DNA of 64,000 nt. Origin: a virus. Numbering within the stretch: the first letter of the stretch is position 1; each line of letters opens with the position of its first letter. Of the stretch, positions 10,491-21,300 are shown in pieces. The position numbers and the translations under genes were made by a program. The DNA lies in IMG/VR virus record IMGVR_UViG_3300028581_000012; one strand, written 5' to 3'. The notes beneath the pieces are model-generated. The model was not told where the DNA came from and ran no database searches. It worked only from the letters and a program-made list of their open reading frames with translations.

Positions 10491-11183
10491 TTAGAATGTA
10501 TTTTCATCATCGTCTTGGTCAAAAATACCAAAAGTTTTTTTAACTTCGTTTGGTGAAAAGTTTTCAACATCATCTGAAGTTAAAATGTATTCATCTTTTC
10601 CTTGTTTTTCAAAGTCTTCTTTTTTGTCTTCAAAATAATCAGTAAGTTTTTGATTATATGGATAAGAATCTAAAGAACGTAACATAAGTTTTTCTTCAGG
10701 ACTTTTAGTTCTATATTTTTCAACTTTACTTTCAATTGAATCAATTTTAGACATAATTTGGTCCATTTGATTTAATTTGGTTTCCAAATCATTTATTTTT
10801 TGAAACATTCCGTCCATAAACTCTTCTTGTTTTGACTTGATTTCTTCTTGAGCCGTAACCAAATCAGTAATATCTAATTCTTCAGTCCCTCCCTCTTCTT
10901 TGTCTTTTTTAGTATCAACCTCTTCAACATCAGGGTCAGACTCCACATCTACAGGTTCAGGTATTGCATCAGCCCCTCCTGCATCAGGTGCCGGTGGTGC
11001 TCCTGCTTCAGGTGCCGGTGGTGTTCCTGCTTCAGGTGCCGGTGGTGACCCCGCTTCGGGTGCTGGTGGTGTTCCTGCTTCAGGTGCAGGTAAAGCCTCT
11101 TGTTCATTAATATAACCTGTGATTTGATTGAATCTTTTTAATTCCTCAAGAATTTGTTTTTCTATATTCATTTTTTTATCCAT
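10491..11183 (-). CDS. Acidic coiled-coil protein with Pro/Ala repeats (possible head/scaffold-associated)
   Basis: KQILEELKRF N-terminus, (PPAPEAGT)-type repeats, central coiled coil. Confidence 0.75.
   Translation of the reverse strand: MDKKMNIEKQILEELKRFNQITGYINEQEALPAPEAGTPPAPEAGSPPAPEAGTPPAPEAGAPPAPDAGGADAIPEPVDVESDPDVEEVDTKKDKEEGGTEELDITDLVTAQEEIKSKQEEFMDGMFQKINDLETKLNQMDQIMSKIDSIESKVEKYRTKSPEEKLMLRSLDSYPYNQKLTDYFEDKKEDFEKQGKDEYILTSDDVENFSPNEVKKTFGIFDQDDDENTF
10975..11095 (-). repeat. Five 24-nt tandem repeats encoding PPAPEAG(T/S/A)
   Basis: Unit resembling ggtgccggtggtgttcctgcttca repeated on the plus strand. Confidence 0.9.
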
Positions 11184-11400
11184 TTAATAATGTTTTAACT
11201 CCTGTTGGAGTTTCAACTTTTAATGTTCTGTTTGTTTTCATAGTGTTGTCTACTCTTTCAATTAAACCATCTTTCATTCTAACTGTGTAACAATCACCTG
11301 TATCCAAATCGCAAACTTCTTGATATCCATTACCTTTATCTCTTTGGGTAATTTTAGTATCTTTTCTTAGATAATTATCTAATAACATTTTAATTTCCAT
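11176..11400 (-). CDS. Hypothetical protein (CDLDTGDC motif)
   Basis: 74-aa ORF preceded by TATTTAT and overlapping the next gene. Confidence 0.75.
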   Translation of the reverse strand: MEIKMLLDNYLRKDTKITQRDKGNGYQEVCDLDTGDCYTVRMKDGLIERVDNTMKTNRTLKVETPTGVKTLLNG

Positions 11401-11424
11401 AGTTTTTTTTATATAAATATTATG

Positions 11425-14400
11425 TTATGGGAAAAACAATTTGTAACTGCTTTCAAATAGTTGTTTATACCTATTATAAATATCAAGTATATCCGAAAAA
11501 CCTGGATTTACTTTTTCGGCCTTTCTAAGTGTAAAATCGGCGAAGGTTTCAGGTAGTGTTGTGTAAAGCTGTGGACCACCCGATGGACTAACAAAACGAC
11601 CATCAACTCTAAACAATGTATAAACACTGTAAGCGTCAGCATATTTTTTAGCATCAGTAGTTTCTGTACTCGCATTTTTCAAACTTTCTATTATTGGAAG
11701 AAAAGCTTGGTTTTGAAGATTAAAAAACTCGAGTCCCGCATCAAAACTAGCAAAAGCTGCGTATGGTCTTGATACACTCGTATCTTCCAAAGCAGTCGTC
11801 GTACAAACTTGTTGACTTATTAATCCATTTAAACTTCCACCATAATTATTAGATGTTGATATTTCATACAAGTTGTAATTTGGAGCACTACAAACAACTT
11901 GGTCAATTTTATTATTAAGTCTAGAAAATGCAACTCCATAATATAGTGGTCTTAATTTTTCTAACGATGCTGATATTTTACTATTCAACAAAGTCTGAAG
12001 TTCACTTGAAGTTATTGGAGTTAGATTTATTGAAACAAATGGTGTTGTAGTAAATGTTGTAGCAGATAAACAAATATTTTCAGGAGCTTGTAATGAACCA
12101 GCTTGTACTGTTCCTTGTTGGGTATCAACATTAGTAATCGCTTCTGAAGTTTTGGAAGTTTTTAAAATTTGTTCTTTGTAGTAATTTAAATAATTTTGAT
12201 TAACTGTATCTATAAGACTATTTGGTTGTGGTAAACTATATCTTGAAATTCTAGGTCCTTCTATTGTCGTTGAAAACCCATTAGTATTAATTTTGTGACT
12301 AACACTCATAATCATATATGGTCCATAAAATAAAGGAACGTGTCTTAAATTCAAATACATTGTTGGTTGCATCATAGCATTACCCATCATTTCTATTGTT
12401 GCGGTATAACTTCTACTTTTGTAGATACTATATAATGAAACTGTTTGTTGTGCTACTTTGTCACCACTAACCGAAGCTCCCATTTGAGCATATATTCTAT
12501 TAGATTCTGCAGTGTTTTTCTTTTCTGACATATCAATAGACACACTTTTAAAGATACTTTGGTTTTGAGTACCGTAGTCAACACTAAACCCTACTACTCT
12601 ATTTTTTTTAGAATAATCTTCATCGGGACTTGATGGAACACGCAAAGGATTATCAGATGATTTTCTTAAATCAAAAGTATCACTGGCAAATTTAGAATAA
12701 GCAGCATTTGTTGCAACGTGTTCTGATGGTTTTCCAACATACATAAGTAAAAACTTCGGTGTTGCCTTTATATAATCAACATCCAAAAAAGTACCAAACA
12801 AAGTTTCAGTGGCATCAACAGGAATTGGTTCACTTTTAGCGACCGCCTGTTGTATACCATAAAAGTTAACATATGCAGGAAGTGCAAAAAACACCATATT
12901 GTTATCCCCACAAATATTACTTATAATCGCTAACATATTTTGGTTGTCGTTACCTTTTAGATATCCTTTAATTTTTTCTAAATCAATTGTAATTTCATTA
13001 CCAACATCTCTAGCCGCTTTATCTTGAAATAAAAAGTCTTCAAAAATGGTTTTATTTAAAAAGTCTGTACCCGCAATCCACTTGTCGTTCATTGTTTTTA
13101 ATAAAGAATAGGTGTCTAACTTTGAAACATTACCTGCCGTTGCGTTTTTAATTGGTGGTGTATTCTGTTTGATTGTTGGTAAGTCTGCATTTAATTTTAA
13201 AAAAGTTTGTGTTAAATTTTCTGAGTTAAATGTTTGTTGTTGTAGTAAAAAATTATTTAAATTTTGTTGAAATCTAGTTTTATTCAGTGTTGGGTCTTCT
13301 AACTTTTGTTTTGCAAATAGTCTTATAATAGGGTAATATGTTTCTATATTTGACACAGTAAACTCAATGTCCATACCATTATTAGCAGTAAAAAAATCAG
13401 TTATAGTACTACCACTATCAGCATACTTAATACCATTTTGAGTAAATTCTCCAACATATTTTTTAAGTGCCGCCCACTCTAATGGGTTACTTGTTGTACT
13501 TTGTAATAATGTTGGAGCTGATACAGTACCATCGTTTGGTAATGTTCCTACAACATAAGGACTTACCGTTAATGGGTTAAGTGGTTGAAAAGCGGGGTTA
13601 TTACTAAAATAATTAAATACCCTTCTTTTGAAGTTACCAGGATTTCCCATTTTTAAAACACAATCAAAATTTAAAAATTCAACAAGTTTAGGAAAAAAGT
13701 TGGATATTTGTTTTTGAGCTAATAAGACACCGTCTTGTGATTCATCGTCTAACAATGTCAAACTGTTTTTTGGAACCATAAACAAATTTTCAATTTGATT
13801 GTATAGTCTTTTTTCTTTAACGTTTCTTACACCACCAACTGTAGTGTAGTTTGAATTAGTTTGTTCTTCTTCTAACACTAAATCAGATACAGAAGGTGTT
13901 GGGTTACAAAAACTTAAAAATAATTCTTCAAATTTATCTAATATTTCAGGTTCAAATACTGAAAAAATTTCTTCTATATTTGAATAAGTTGATGTTGTAT
14001 TTCTTAATTCAAAATCTAAATTTTTAGAGTTGTCGGTATAAATTGTTTTAAGATACTCATTATATAATGGTTTTCTAATAAGTGAGTTGTTAAAATACCC
14101 AAACTGTGAAACTCCCCATAAAGGTCTAACACTACCATTATAAACAGACTTATTGTTAAAAACTTCTTCAGTAATTTTACCTAAAGAATTAAAACATTCA
14201 AAGTTTGTTTGGTTTATATTTATACCACCTGAAGAAGGTACTAGTAGAAAATTTTGACTGTTTTCAGGATTGTCAAAGAAAGTGTAATAATTTTTATTTA
14301 CCAAAGAACGATTTGGATTTGTTAAATCAAAACTGAAGTTATAATATTTTCCTGAAGTTTGGTTATTAGCAACTCTAAATCCATTATTATTATATGAATC

Positions 14401-17400
14401 TAAAAATGATTGGTATGTCGGTGAATTTAACAAAGACAAATCTTTGTTATAGAAAAATCTATAGACATTATTTATAACCTTTGGGTAAAATCCTAATGAT
14501 ATGTTATCTAAGGTTTGAGTTGGGTTGGTTACTAATGGTGTGGTTGTTTGTAATTGAATATCTACTTGTGTGGTACCGCCCGTATATGCAGGAACAACCA
14601 TTTTCAAAGCGGTACTTGGTGTTGAACCTGTTGTATCGTAACTTTTTAAATAATCAAAATTATTCCATATTTTATTATCTAAAATATCATTTCCAGTTTC
14701 TACATATTTTTTGTACCTATGCCAAATACTACCATACTTTAAAACCCAAGCATATGGTAATCTATGTATTGATGAAAATTTATTAAAAGTTGATGCTAAA
14801 TAATCTAAATCAGTTGGTATTGAACTTGTTTCATCAAAACTTTTTATTTTTTCTCTTGTTGTAATTAAAGGAAGTGAATTCAAATATAAATAACCTAACG
14901 CAACATAAGGGTCTGTTACATTATTTTTTTGATTTTCAACACCTTCAACCATCGCATTAACAAAATAAGGAGTATTAATTAATGATGTTGTTTGAATTTT
15001 TGTACCAACTTGCCCACTATAACTATTTCCGTAATCAAAAATACTTTCAGTTAGATAAAGGTCTTTTTCTTTTCTTGTTGAATAAAAACTACCTAAAGAT
15101 ATTTGTGATGTGATTGGCACGTTAGTATTAACATCGGTCATAAATGGTTGGGTGAAGTTTTTGAACCCGTATTTAGAAACTAAAGCATTTATACTTTTAA
15201 TAGTTTCTGTTTCGTTAACTCTACCAATCGTTTTTTTATCATCTAAATAAACGTAAGTTTGTGTTTTATTGAAATCATTTACCGTTGAAACACTTTGTCC
15301 GTTTTGTAAGTTTGTTTTTAACCAATTAACATTTGTAATTGGGTAATTATCTAAAAAGTATGTGTCTGTTGCTGGAACACCATTAATAAAATTCTTGATT
15401 GAATCAGGAAGCGGTATTGCTGTATCAATAGCTATTGAGCTATTTGATAACGTATCTATACTATACACATTATTGTAAACATCTACAGGTCCACTACCAC
15501 CATCTAATTCCAAAAGATTTTTAATATATTCTGTAACAAAAATAGAATCAGAATATAAAGTCCAATTAGTCCCTGTTCCATTATTAGATATTTTTCGTAG
15601 TGTTTGTAAAAAAGTATTATAAGTAAATCTAAATTCTTTTAATAACTGAGTAAGTGAAGTATTATTTAATGCCGTTTTTGTGATATTTGATGATTCTAAG
15701 TTACCTAAAAATATGGATATATTTTCTATGTTATATCCTGTTCTATTCATTTTTGCATAATGAGCACCTAAATAACTTCTTTCAAAAATTTCATATAAGT
15801 AACTTTGTTCTTGTGTGTTTATATATGGTGTTACTTTGAATGGATACTCAACAGCATTTATTGAAAGAACGTTACTAAGAGTTTGTGGATTTGTGTACGC
15901 GTTTTGTGTTGGTGGAATAGTTTTTTGATTAGCAGCATAAATAAATTCTTCAGTAAACGCAATTTCAGGCCAAACAACACTATCAAATCCTTTTGTTGTG
16001 TTTATAACTGAAGCATCCCCCGGATACTTTATAACATAAATTTCTGAACCATCTTTTTGTGTTTCATTTGTAAAATATTGTGGCCAAGGATATACAACAT
16101 TCAAATCGTTTAATTGGTTAGTACCGTTTACTAAATTTTTAGAGTCAACTCCAAAGTTTTTTGATGATGGTATTATTGACTCTAAACGAATCGGGTTTGT
16201 TCTTTGGTTCCAAGCTCTAGCATGTGTATCCTCCATTAACCTATAAAAACCATCTAACCCCGCAAAAATAACCGCCATAACGTTTCTTATTGTTGGTACA
16301 AACCCTAAAGCCTTAGGGTTATTAATAATTTGGTCACTTAAAAACTTAGTTAACGCTTGTTCTATTTCCTGATTTTTTTTATTTAGTTCATCACTTGCTT
16401 TTTGAATCTTATCAAGAAAACTGTTTAAAACATAGTTTTGAGCGTTACCCACTTTATCCCCAAACTTATAACATTCAGGGAATCCATTTACTACTTGATT
16501 AGTCTGTTCGTTATATAAGAAATTTGGATTTAAACTTTTAAAATCTGAGATATACTTATTTAATTGGTTATCGGTTGGGTTAGCCCCATAGTTAATAACA
16601 TAACTTTGTCTAAAGTCATCATCAGTTAATGTATTAAAATCTATTTGTTCAAAAACGTCATTAATAGAAAATTTAACGGGTATTTCACCACTTATAGTAC
16701 CTTTGTCAGGTAATTTGTATTGACCATTTGTTCCAAAACTTGCATTTGCTTTAAGTGCTGCAACATATGTATTTATATCAGTTTCAACTCTTTGTTTGTA
16801 AGTTTGTCTGTCAGCAAATGATATATTTTCTTTATATGGGTAATAAACTTGACCTTTAAATATTTTTTCAGATACATCTAAAAAATCACTTATAGAATTA
16901 GCAAAAACAGAATTTCTTAATTTATTCAAGTTAGTTTGAAAATCCGAAACATCGTTAAACACAGTAAACCCTGCCTTATCCGCCTCTTGTTTTAACAACG
17001 TTTGTAAATTTTCTATTCTTGCTGAAAACTCTTCTAAAGTAATTTCAGGAAAATCTTGTGCAATTAATCCCTTACTTTTGTATATTGAGTAAACTTCTTT
17101 CAGTTTTTGAAGACCAACAGACTCAACTACTGTTGTAACATTATTAGTATTTACACCATTATTTGAAGAGTTAGAACTACTTGGCGTAATTAAAGTTTCA
17201 GTTTGAAACATTTTAGGTGAATTTTTAGCATATGCTAAAATACTATCTGCTAATATTGCGGTATTTCTACTAAGTAGTTTTAAAGTTATTTTAAAATTAC
17301 CACTATCAGGTTCAAAACTAGCATTGAACTCGGTTAGGTTTAATTGGTATCTAATGGCCTTTCCATAATAACCCTTTAAGATTAAAAAAAATGGAGGATA

Positions 17401-18000
17401 TGGTAAATTAAAAAAAACAGAATATAAAGAGTTATCCCCTTGTTCAAATAAGGCTCTTCCTCTAATATCAACTAAGGTTATTGAAACTTCAGTGACGTTT
17501 GCGGGTTTTATACTTACAGTTATATCTGTCATACCTAATGTTTGGGTATCTTCATAGTTTAAAACTTTTTGTTTAAAACTTGTATTACCGTCTTGATTTA
17601 CAGTATATTCTGCGTTTTGATTCGCTCCTCTTCCTTGTCTAACACCTCTACCTGTATACTCATCAGACCAACTTGTGTCAAACGCCTTTTTTCCTTTAGG
17701 TCTAAGAAAGTTGAGTTTTAAATCATCAGGAAAATTAGAAAGTGATGCAATTTGAGAATTTATTACAGGACTATCAAAGTTATCACCAATTGCTAATTTT
17801 GTTCTTGGAATAATTTGAGTTTCCAAATTGGCATACATAACAAGATTTTCTTGTTGTATATATCTATCTTTTACATTGTTGTTTTCATCAACAACTTTGT
17901 TTGGGTCAATTAAAATAATATTATCGTAGTCTGCTTCGACATAGATATTATTTTCTTTATTATAAATTTGTCTGAATTTTGTTGGGTCATTAACGGCCAT
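11425..18000 (-). CDS. Very large virion protein, probable baseplate hub (gp27/GPD-like)
   Basis: 2191 aa. Segment YTATIEMMGNAMMQPTMYLNLRHVPLFYGPYMIMSVSHKINTNGFSTTIEG resembles hub C-terminal beta-domains. Follows gp53/LysM-like gene. Confidence 0.65.
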   Translation of the reverse strand: MAVNDPTKFRQIYNKENNIYVEADYDNIILIDPNKVVDENNNVKDRYIQQENLVMYANLETQIIPRTKLAIGDNFDSPVINSQIASLSNFPDDLKLNFLRPKGKKAFDTSWSDEYTGRGVRQGRGANQNAEYTVNQDGNTSFKQKVLNYEDTQTLGMTDITVSIKPANVTEVSITLVDIRGRALFEQGDNSLYSVFFNLPYPPFFLILKGYYGKAIRYQLNLTEFNASFEPDSGNFKITLKLLSRNTAILADSILAYAKNSPKMFQTETLITPSSSNSSNNGVNTNNVTTVVESVGLQKLKEVYSIYKSKGLIAQDFPEITLEEFSARIENLQTLLKQEADKAGFTVFNDVSDFQTNLNKLRNSVFANSISDFLDVSEKIFKGQVYYPYKENISFADRQTYKQRVETDINTYVAALKANASFGTNGQYKLPDKGTISGEIPVKFSINDVFEQIDFNTLTDDDFRQSYVINYGANPTDNQLNKYISDFKSLNPNFLYNEQTNQVVNGFPECYKFGDKVGNAQNYVLNSFLDKIQKASDELNKKNQEIEQALTKFLSDQIINNPKALGFVPTIRNVMAVIFAGLDGFYRLMEDTHARAWNQRTNPIRLESIIPSSKNFGVDSKNLVNGTNQLNDLNVVYPWPQYFTNETQKDGSEIYVIKYPGDASVINTTKGFDSVVWPEIAFTEEFIYAANQKTIPPTQNAYTNPQTLSNVLSINAVEYPFKVTPYINTQEQSYLYEIFERSYLGAHYAKMNRTGYNIENISIFLGNLESSNITKTALNNTSLTQLLKEFRFTYNTFLQTLRKISNNGTGTNWTLYSDSIFVTEYIKNLLELDGGSGPVDVYNNVYSIDTLSNSSIAIDTAIPLPDSIKNFINGVPATDTYFLDNYPITNVNWLKTNLQNGQSVSTVNDFNKTQTYVYLDDKKTIGRVNETETIKSINALVSKYGFKNFTQPFMTDVNTNVPITSQISLGSFYSTRKEKDLYLTESIFDYGNSYSGQVGTKIQTTSLINTPYFVNAMVEGVENQKNNVTDPYVALGYLYLNSLPLITTREKIKSFDETSSIPTDLDYLASTFNKFSSIHRLPYAWVLKYGSIWHRYKKYVETGNDILDNKIWNNFDYLKSYDTTGSTPSTALKMVVPAYTGGTTQVDIQLQTTTPLVTNPTQTLDNISLGFYPKVINNVYRFFYNKDLSLLNSPTYQSFLDSYNNNGFRVANNQTSGKYYNFSFDLTNPNRSLVNKNYYTFFDNPENSQNFLLVPSSGGININQTNFECFNSLGKITEEVFNNKSVYNGSVRPLWGVSQFGYFNNSLIRKPLYNEYLKTIYTDNSKNLDFELRNTTSTYSNIEEIFSVFEPEILDKFEELFLSFCNPTPSVSDLVLEEEQTNSNYTTVGGVRNVKEKRLYNQIENLFMVPKNSLTLLDDESQDGVLLAQKQISNFFPKLVEFLNFDCVLKMGNPGNFKRRVFNYFSNNPAFQPLNPLTVSPYVVGTLPNDGTVSAPTLLQSTTSNPLEWAALKKYVGEFTQNGIKYADSGSTITDFFTANNGMDIEFTVSNIETYYPIIRLFAKQKLEDPTLNKTRFQQNLNNFLLQQQTFNSENLTQTFLKLNADLPTIKQNTPPIKNATAGNVSKLDTYSLLKTMNDKWIAGTDFLNKTIFEDFLFQDKAARDVGNEITIDLEKIKGYLKGNDNQNMLAIISNICGDNNMVFFALPAYVNFYGIQQAVAKSEPIPVDATETLFGTFLDVDYIKATPKFLLMYVGKPSEHVATNAAYSKFASDTFDLRKSSDNPLRVPSSPDEDYSKKNRVVGFSVDYGTQNQSIFKSVSIDMSEKKNTAESNRIYAQMGASVSGDKVAQQTVSLYSIYKSRSYTATIEMMGNAMMQPTMYLNLRHVPLFYGPYMIMSVSHKINTNGFSTTIEGPRISRYSLPQPNSLIDTVNQNYLNYYKEQILKTSKTSEAITNVDTQQGTVQAGSLQAPENICLSATTFTTTPFVSINLTPITSSELQTLLNSKISASLEKLRPLYYGVAFSRLNNKIDQVVCSAPNYNLYEISTSNNYGGSLNGLISQQVCTTTALEDTSVSRPYAAFASFDAGLEFFNLQNQAFLPIIESLKNASTETTDAKKYADAYSVYTLFRVDGRFVSPSGGPQLYTTLPETFADFTLRKAEKVNPGFSDILDIYNRYKQLFESSYKLFFP

Positions 18001-18307
18001 AATAAAAAATATGTGTATCTAACGCACTTTTGTAGCCTTGTAAGGCACTAATTAATGGATATGGTATTATTAGAACAGCCCCATCAGGTATGTTTGTTTC
18101 CAATCCACCATAAATTGGGTTTGCGGTTAAAATTAACCAACCAAAATATGGGGTTCCGTATTTTTCATAACTAATTTTATCTAATCTACTTTTATTTTTA
18201 AGATAAATGTATCTTTGGTCTGATGGTCTTTGTGGTAAACTTACAAAAGGTACAACAGTTTGTTGACCATTTATTAAAAAATTTTGGTATCTGTTATAGT
18301 ACTGCAT
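17990..18307 (-). CDS. LysM-like baseplate protein (gp53/tail X-like)
   Basis: SRLDKISYEKYGTPYFGWLILTANP...IPDGAVLIIP. Confidence 0.82.
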   Translation of the reverse strand: MQYYNRYQNFLINGQQTVVPFVSLPQRPSDQRYIYLKNKSRLDKISYEKYGTPYFGWLILTANPIYGGLETNIPDGAVLIIPYPLISALQGYKSALDTHIFYYGR

Positions 18308-18308
18308 T

Positions 18309-21300
18309 TTAATTAAAAGATACTTTTAAATTATATTCATCTCCTGTAGAATTTACAGAAGAATTTATGGCTTTCATATTGTCAACCTCAATCTGATTTG
18401 GAAATAAAACTTGTGAAAAATTCATTTTTCTTTCTTTATCTTTATTTATATCATAACTACAAGTTGCACAAAAAACAGAGTTGTAATAATTTGTTTCAAA
18501 ACTTTCAAATCTTTTGTCCACAAAATCTTTTGATGATTTATATTGAGCAACTATTCCCGTTGGGAGTTCTGAACCGTCTTGAGGATTAATACCTAAGTTA
18601 CTTTTTAAGTAATTTGTCCATTCAGTTTTTCTTTCATTATTGTTAACCACATCAACAACTTCATTAACAAACTTATTATAATCGTCTATTATTTCTTTTC
18701 CAAAAACCATAAAAAATCTATTTTCTTCGGGAGATATTGCTAACGGGTCTGAATCAATAAATGTGTTAAATTGAAAATTATCATTATAAACTTCTTCATT
18801 ATCTGTAGGTATTAGACTATACGTTTCTAAATTATTTGTAAATGCTGAAAGTTTACTTCCGACAATTTGTAAATCCCCTCGTAGTTCATCTAATGTATTT
18901 GCGTAAGAAGTGTTGGACGCATCTACAGGTGTTGTTCCAGTTAAAGAAAAAACTAAAATTTCATTTTTGTCATTAGCGTAACCATCAAATGCATTACACA
19001 CATAATTTAATTGGTCCAAAACATCAATCATTTTTGTTTCATTAACCTCACTATTAACTATGTTGTTAGACGCATCACTAAGAACCGATAGATAAGTTGA
19101 TTGTCTACTTTCTATCATATCTTTGAGTTTTCTTTTTATTTTTCTTGTTGAAATGTTTGTAAAATTTTGTAGATTCAAACTCGCAAGAATTGGACTTGTT
19201 TCATTTTCAATATCATCTTTTGCCCCAGAAAAAAGTAAATTAACTTTTTCTTCGTACTCACTTTTTCCAAAAATTTTAACTAAATTTGTTGCAGGTTGAT
19301 TAATGTTATTAAAATAACCATTTTGATATTTCCTATCTTTTGTGAAAATTAATATTCCACCGATTAGTAGTTTAGAATTAATGTTCTTTAAATTTTGTAA
19401 TACGTTTTGAGAATAGTCTTTAGTTAAGTCTATAAAATTTTTCATATTTTCTTTATATGAAAGAACTCCCGTAAACCCACTTAATGTTGTATCATATTTA
19501 TACGTATCTTGTTTACCTATGGTAGTACCAATTTTATTTTGTTGTAATTGTTGTGGTTTAGCCAAAGGGTTTGTTCTTATTGCTTCAAAAAATTCTGCAT
19601 CATATTGTGATGTAACGTCTTCAGTTATTGTTGCCCTTTCATCATACATTTCTGTATTAGCGTAATAATTAAAAGATAGTGCATTTTGTAGTTCAGCAAC
19701 AGGACCCGCAAGACCGTGACCTCCAATCATATCAAAACTTAAACTAATATTTGCAACCATCGGTTGTACTCCAATACCTTCGGGGTTTAAGTCAAAAAGA
19801 GCACCTGCCTGATTAGAATAAGATATTGATAAATCTTTAGGTATTATTTTTGTATGATAAAAATCGCCAACTCTTAATACCAAAATAGGTGGTGAACCAA
19901 ATGCACTATTGAATGCATCACTATAATCTAACTTAAAGTTACCTCCCGCAGTTTGTGATACGGTTGGTATAGTGTCTCCAGGTCTCATACATTGTTGTAA
20001 AAAAACTAATCGTGAATTCAAACCTTCAGGAGTGATTGAGTGAAATACTGGATTAAAATATTGAAACTTACTTCTAATATTATCATAGACAATAGGATTT
20101 TCCTCTTTAATCATTTGGAAATAATTACATTCCGTCAAAAGTCTTCTAATAATTTTTTTAGCCAAATCCTTATATTGTGGGGTTTGTTTGAAATTATTAA
20201 TAATCTCATTCTGAGGTGTTGGTTTTGGTGTAGTAGTTTCTGCTGCCGTTGGGTTCGGGGTTGTTGATTCTGTTTGTGCAGGTGGTGTTTGGGATTGAAC
20301 AGGTGGTGCAGGTTTAAAAGTTATATTTCCAATTTTAGTTCTTCTACAGGCCATTGCTTGGACTGAATATATACCTTCCTCATATGGTGATTTAAAAGCT
20401 TTATTACATTCTATTTCTGAGTATTTAGGGTCTTTAATTGTCCCGCTAGACCCTTCTGCCTTTTTAGTTATTCTTAATTTGGGAGGGTTACTTTCTGTGA
20501 ATGTTTTCAAAGTTTTATCATTAACTTTAAAATTTTCTATAAATTTTAAAACAGAGTCATTTCTTCTTTCTGATAAATTTTGATTACCACTTGTATTTGT
20601 TGAACTAGCAGTCCCTAACAAGTCAAAACTTACTTCACCCCCACCATTAAGTATATTAAACACTTCACCTAAAAATTCTTTAAGGTCTTGAAATTCTGTT
20701 TCAATATTTGAGAAAAACCCACCAACTGTTTCTTTTCTAGCATCAACATATTCTTTTAATGAAAAGTTAGGTGTTGTAGTTGTATTCAAAGCCACTTTAT
20801 TTGCGTCCGAATACTTGAATACTTTATTAAGTGGTTTAACTGTTGTGTAATTATTTTTATCTGCAACATACTGATTATACCAATATTCAAAATCTTTACT
20901 TGTTGATGTTCCTGATGAGTCATTTGGTTGAGCGTTTTCAAAAAATAAAAATATTTCTTCAAATTTAGGGTCTGAAATTTTATCATTTGATGCTGGAGGT
21001 GTTGATTTAACTTCTTCGGTTTTTGTTGGCTCGGGTTCAGGTGTTTCTTTTACAATTGTTGTTGCCTGTTCGGGATATTTAATTAAATTAATTGCGGTTT
21101 GTATATCTTGTGGTGCTAAAAATGCAAATCTTCTTGTTAAGGTATATAAATCATATTTAAGACAACCTGCAAAAAATGAGTCCATAACTTTTGTCATTTC
21201 AGATTCAGGTCTTATATCTTTGAATTCTTGGTCTACTAAAAGATTTGAAATAGAAGGGTGGTCAACAATAATGTCAAAATCAAGTTTTCCACTTCTTTCA

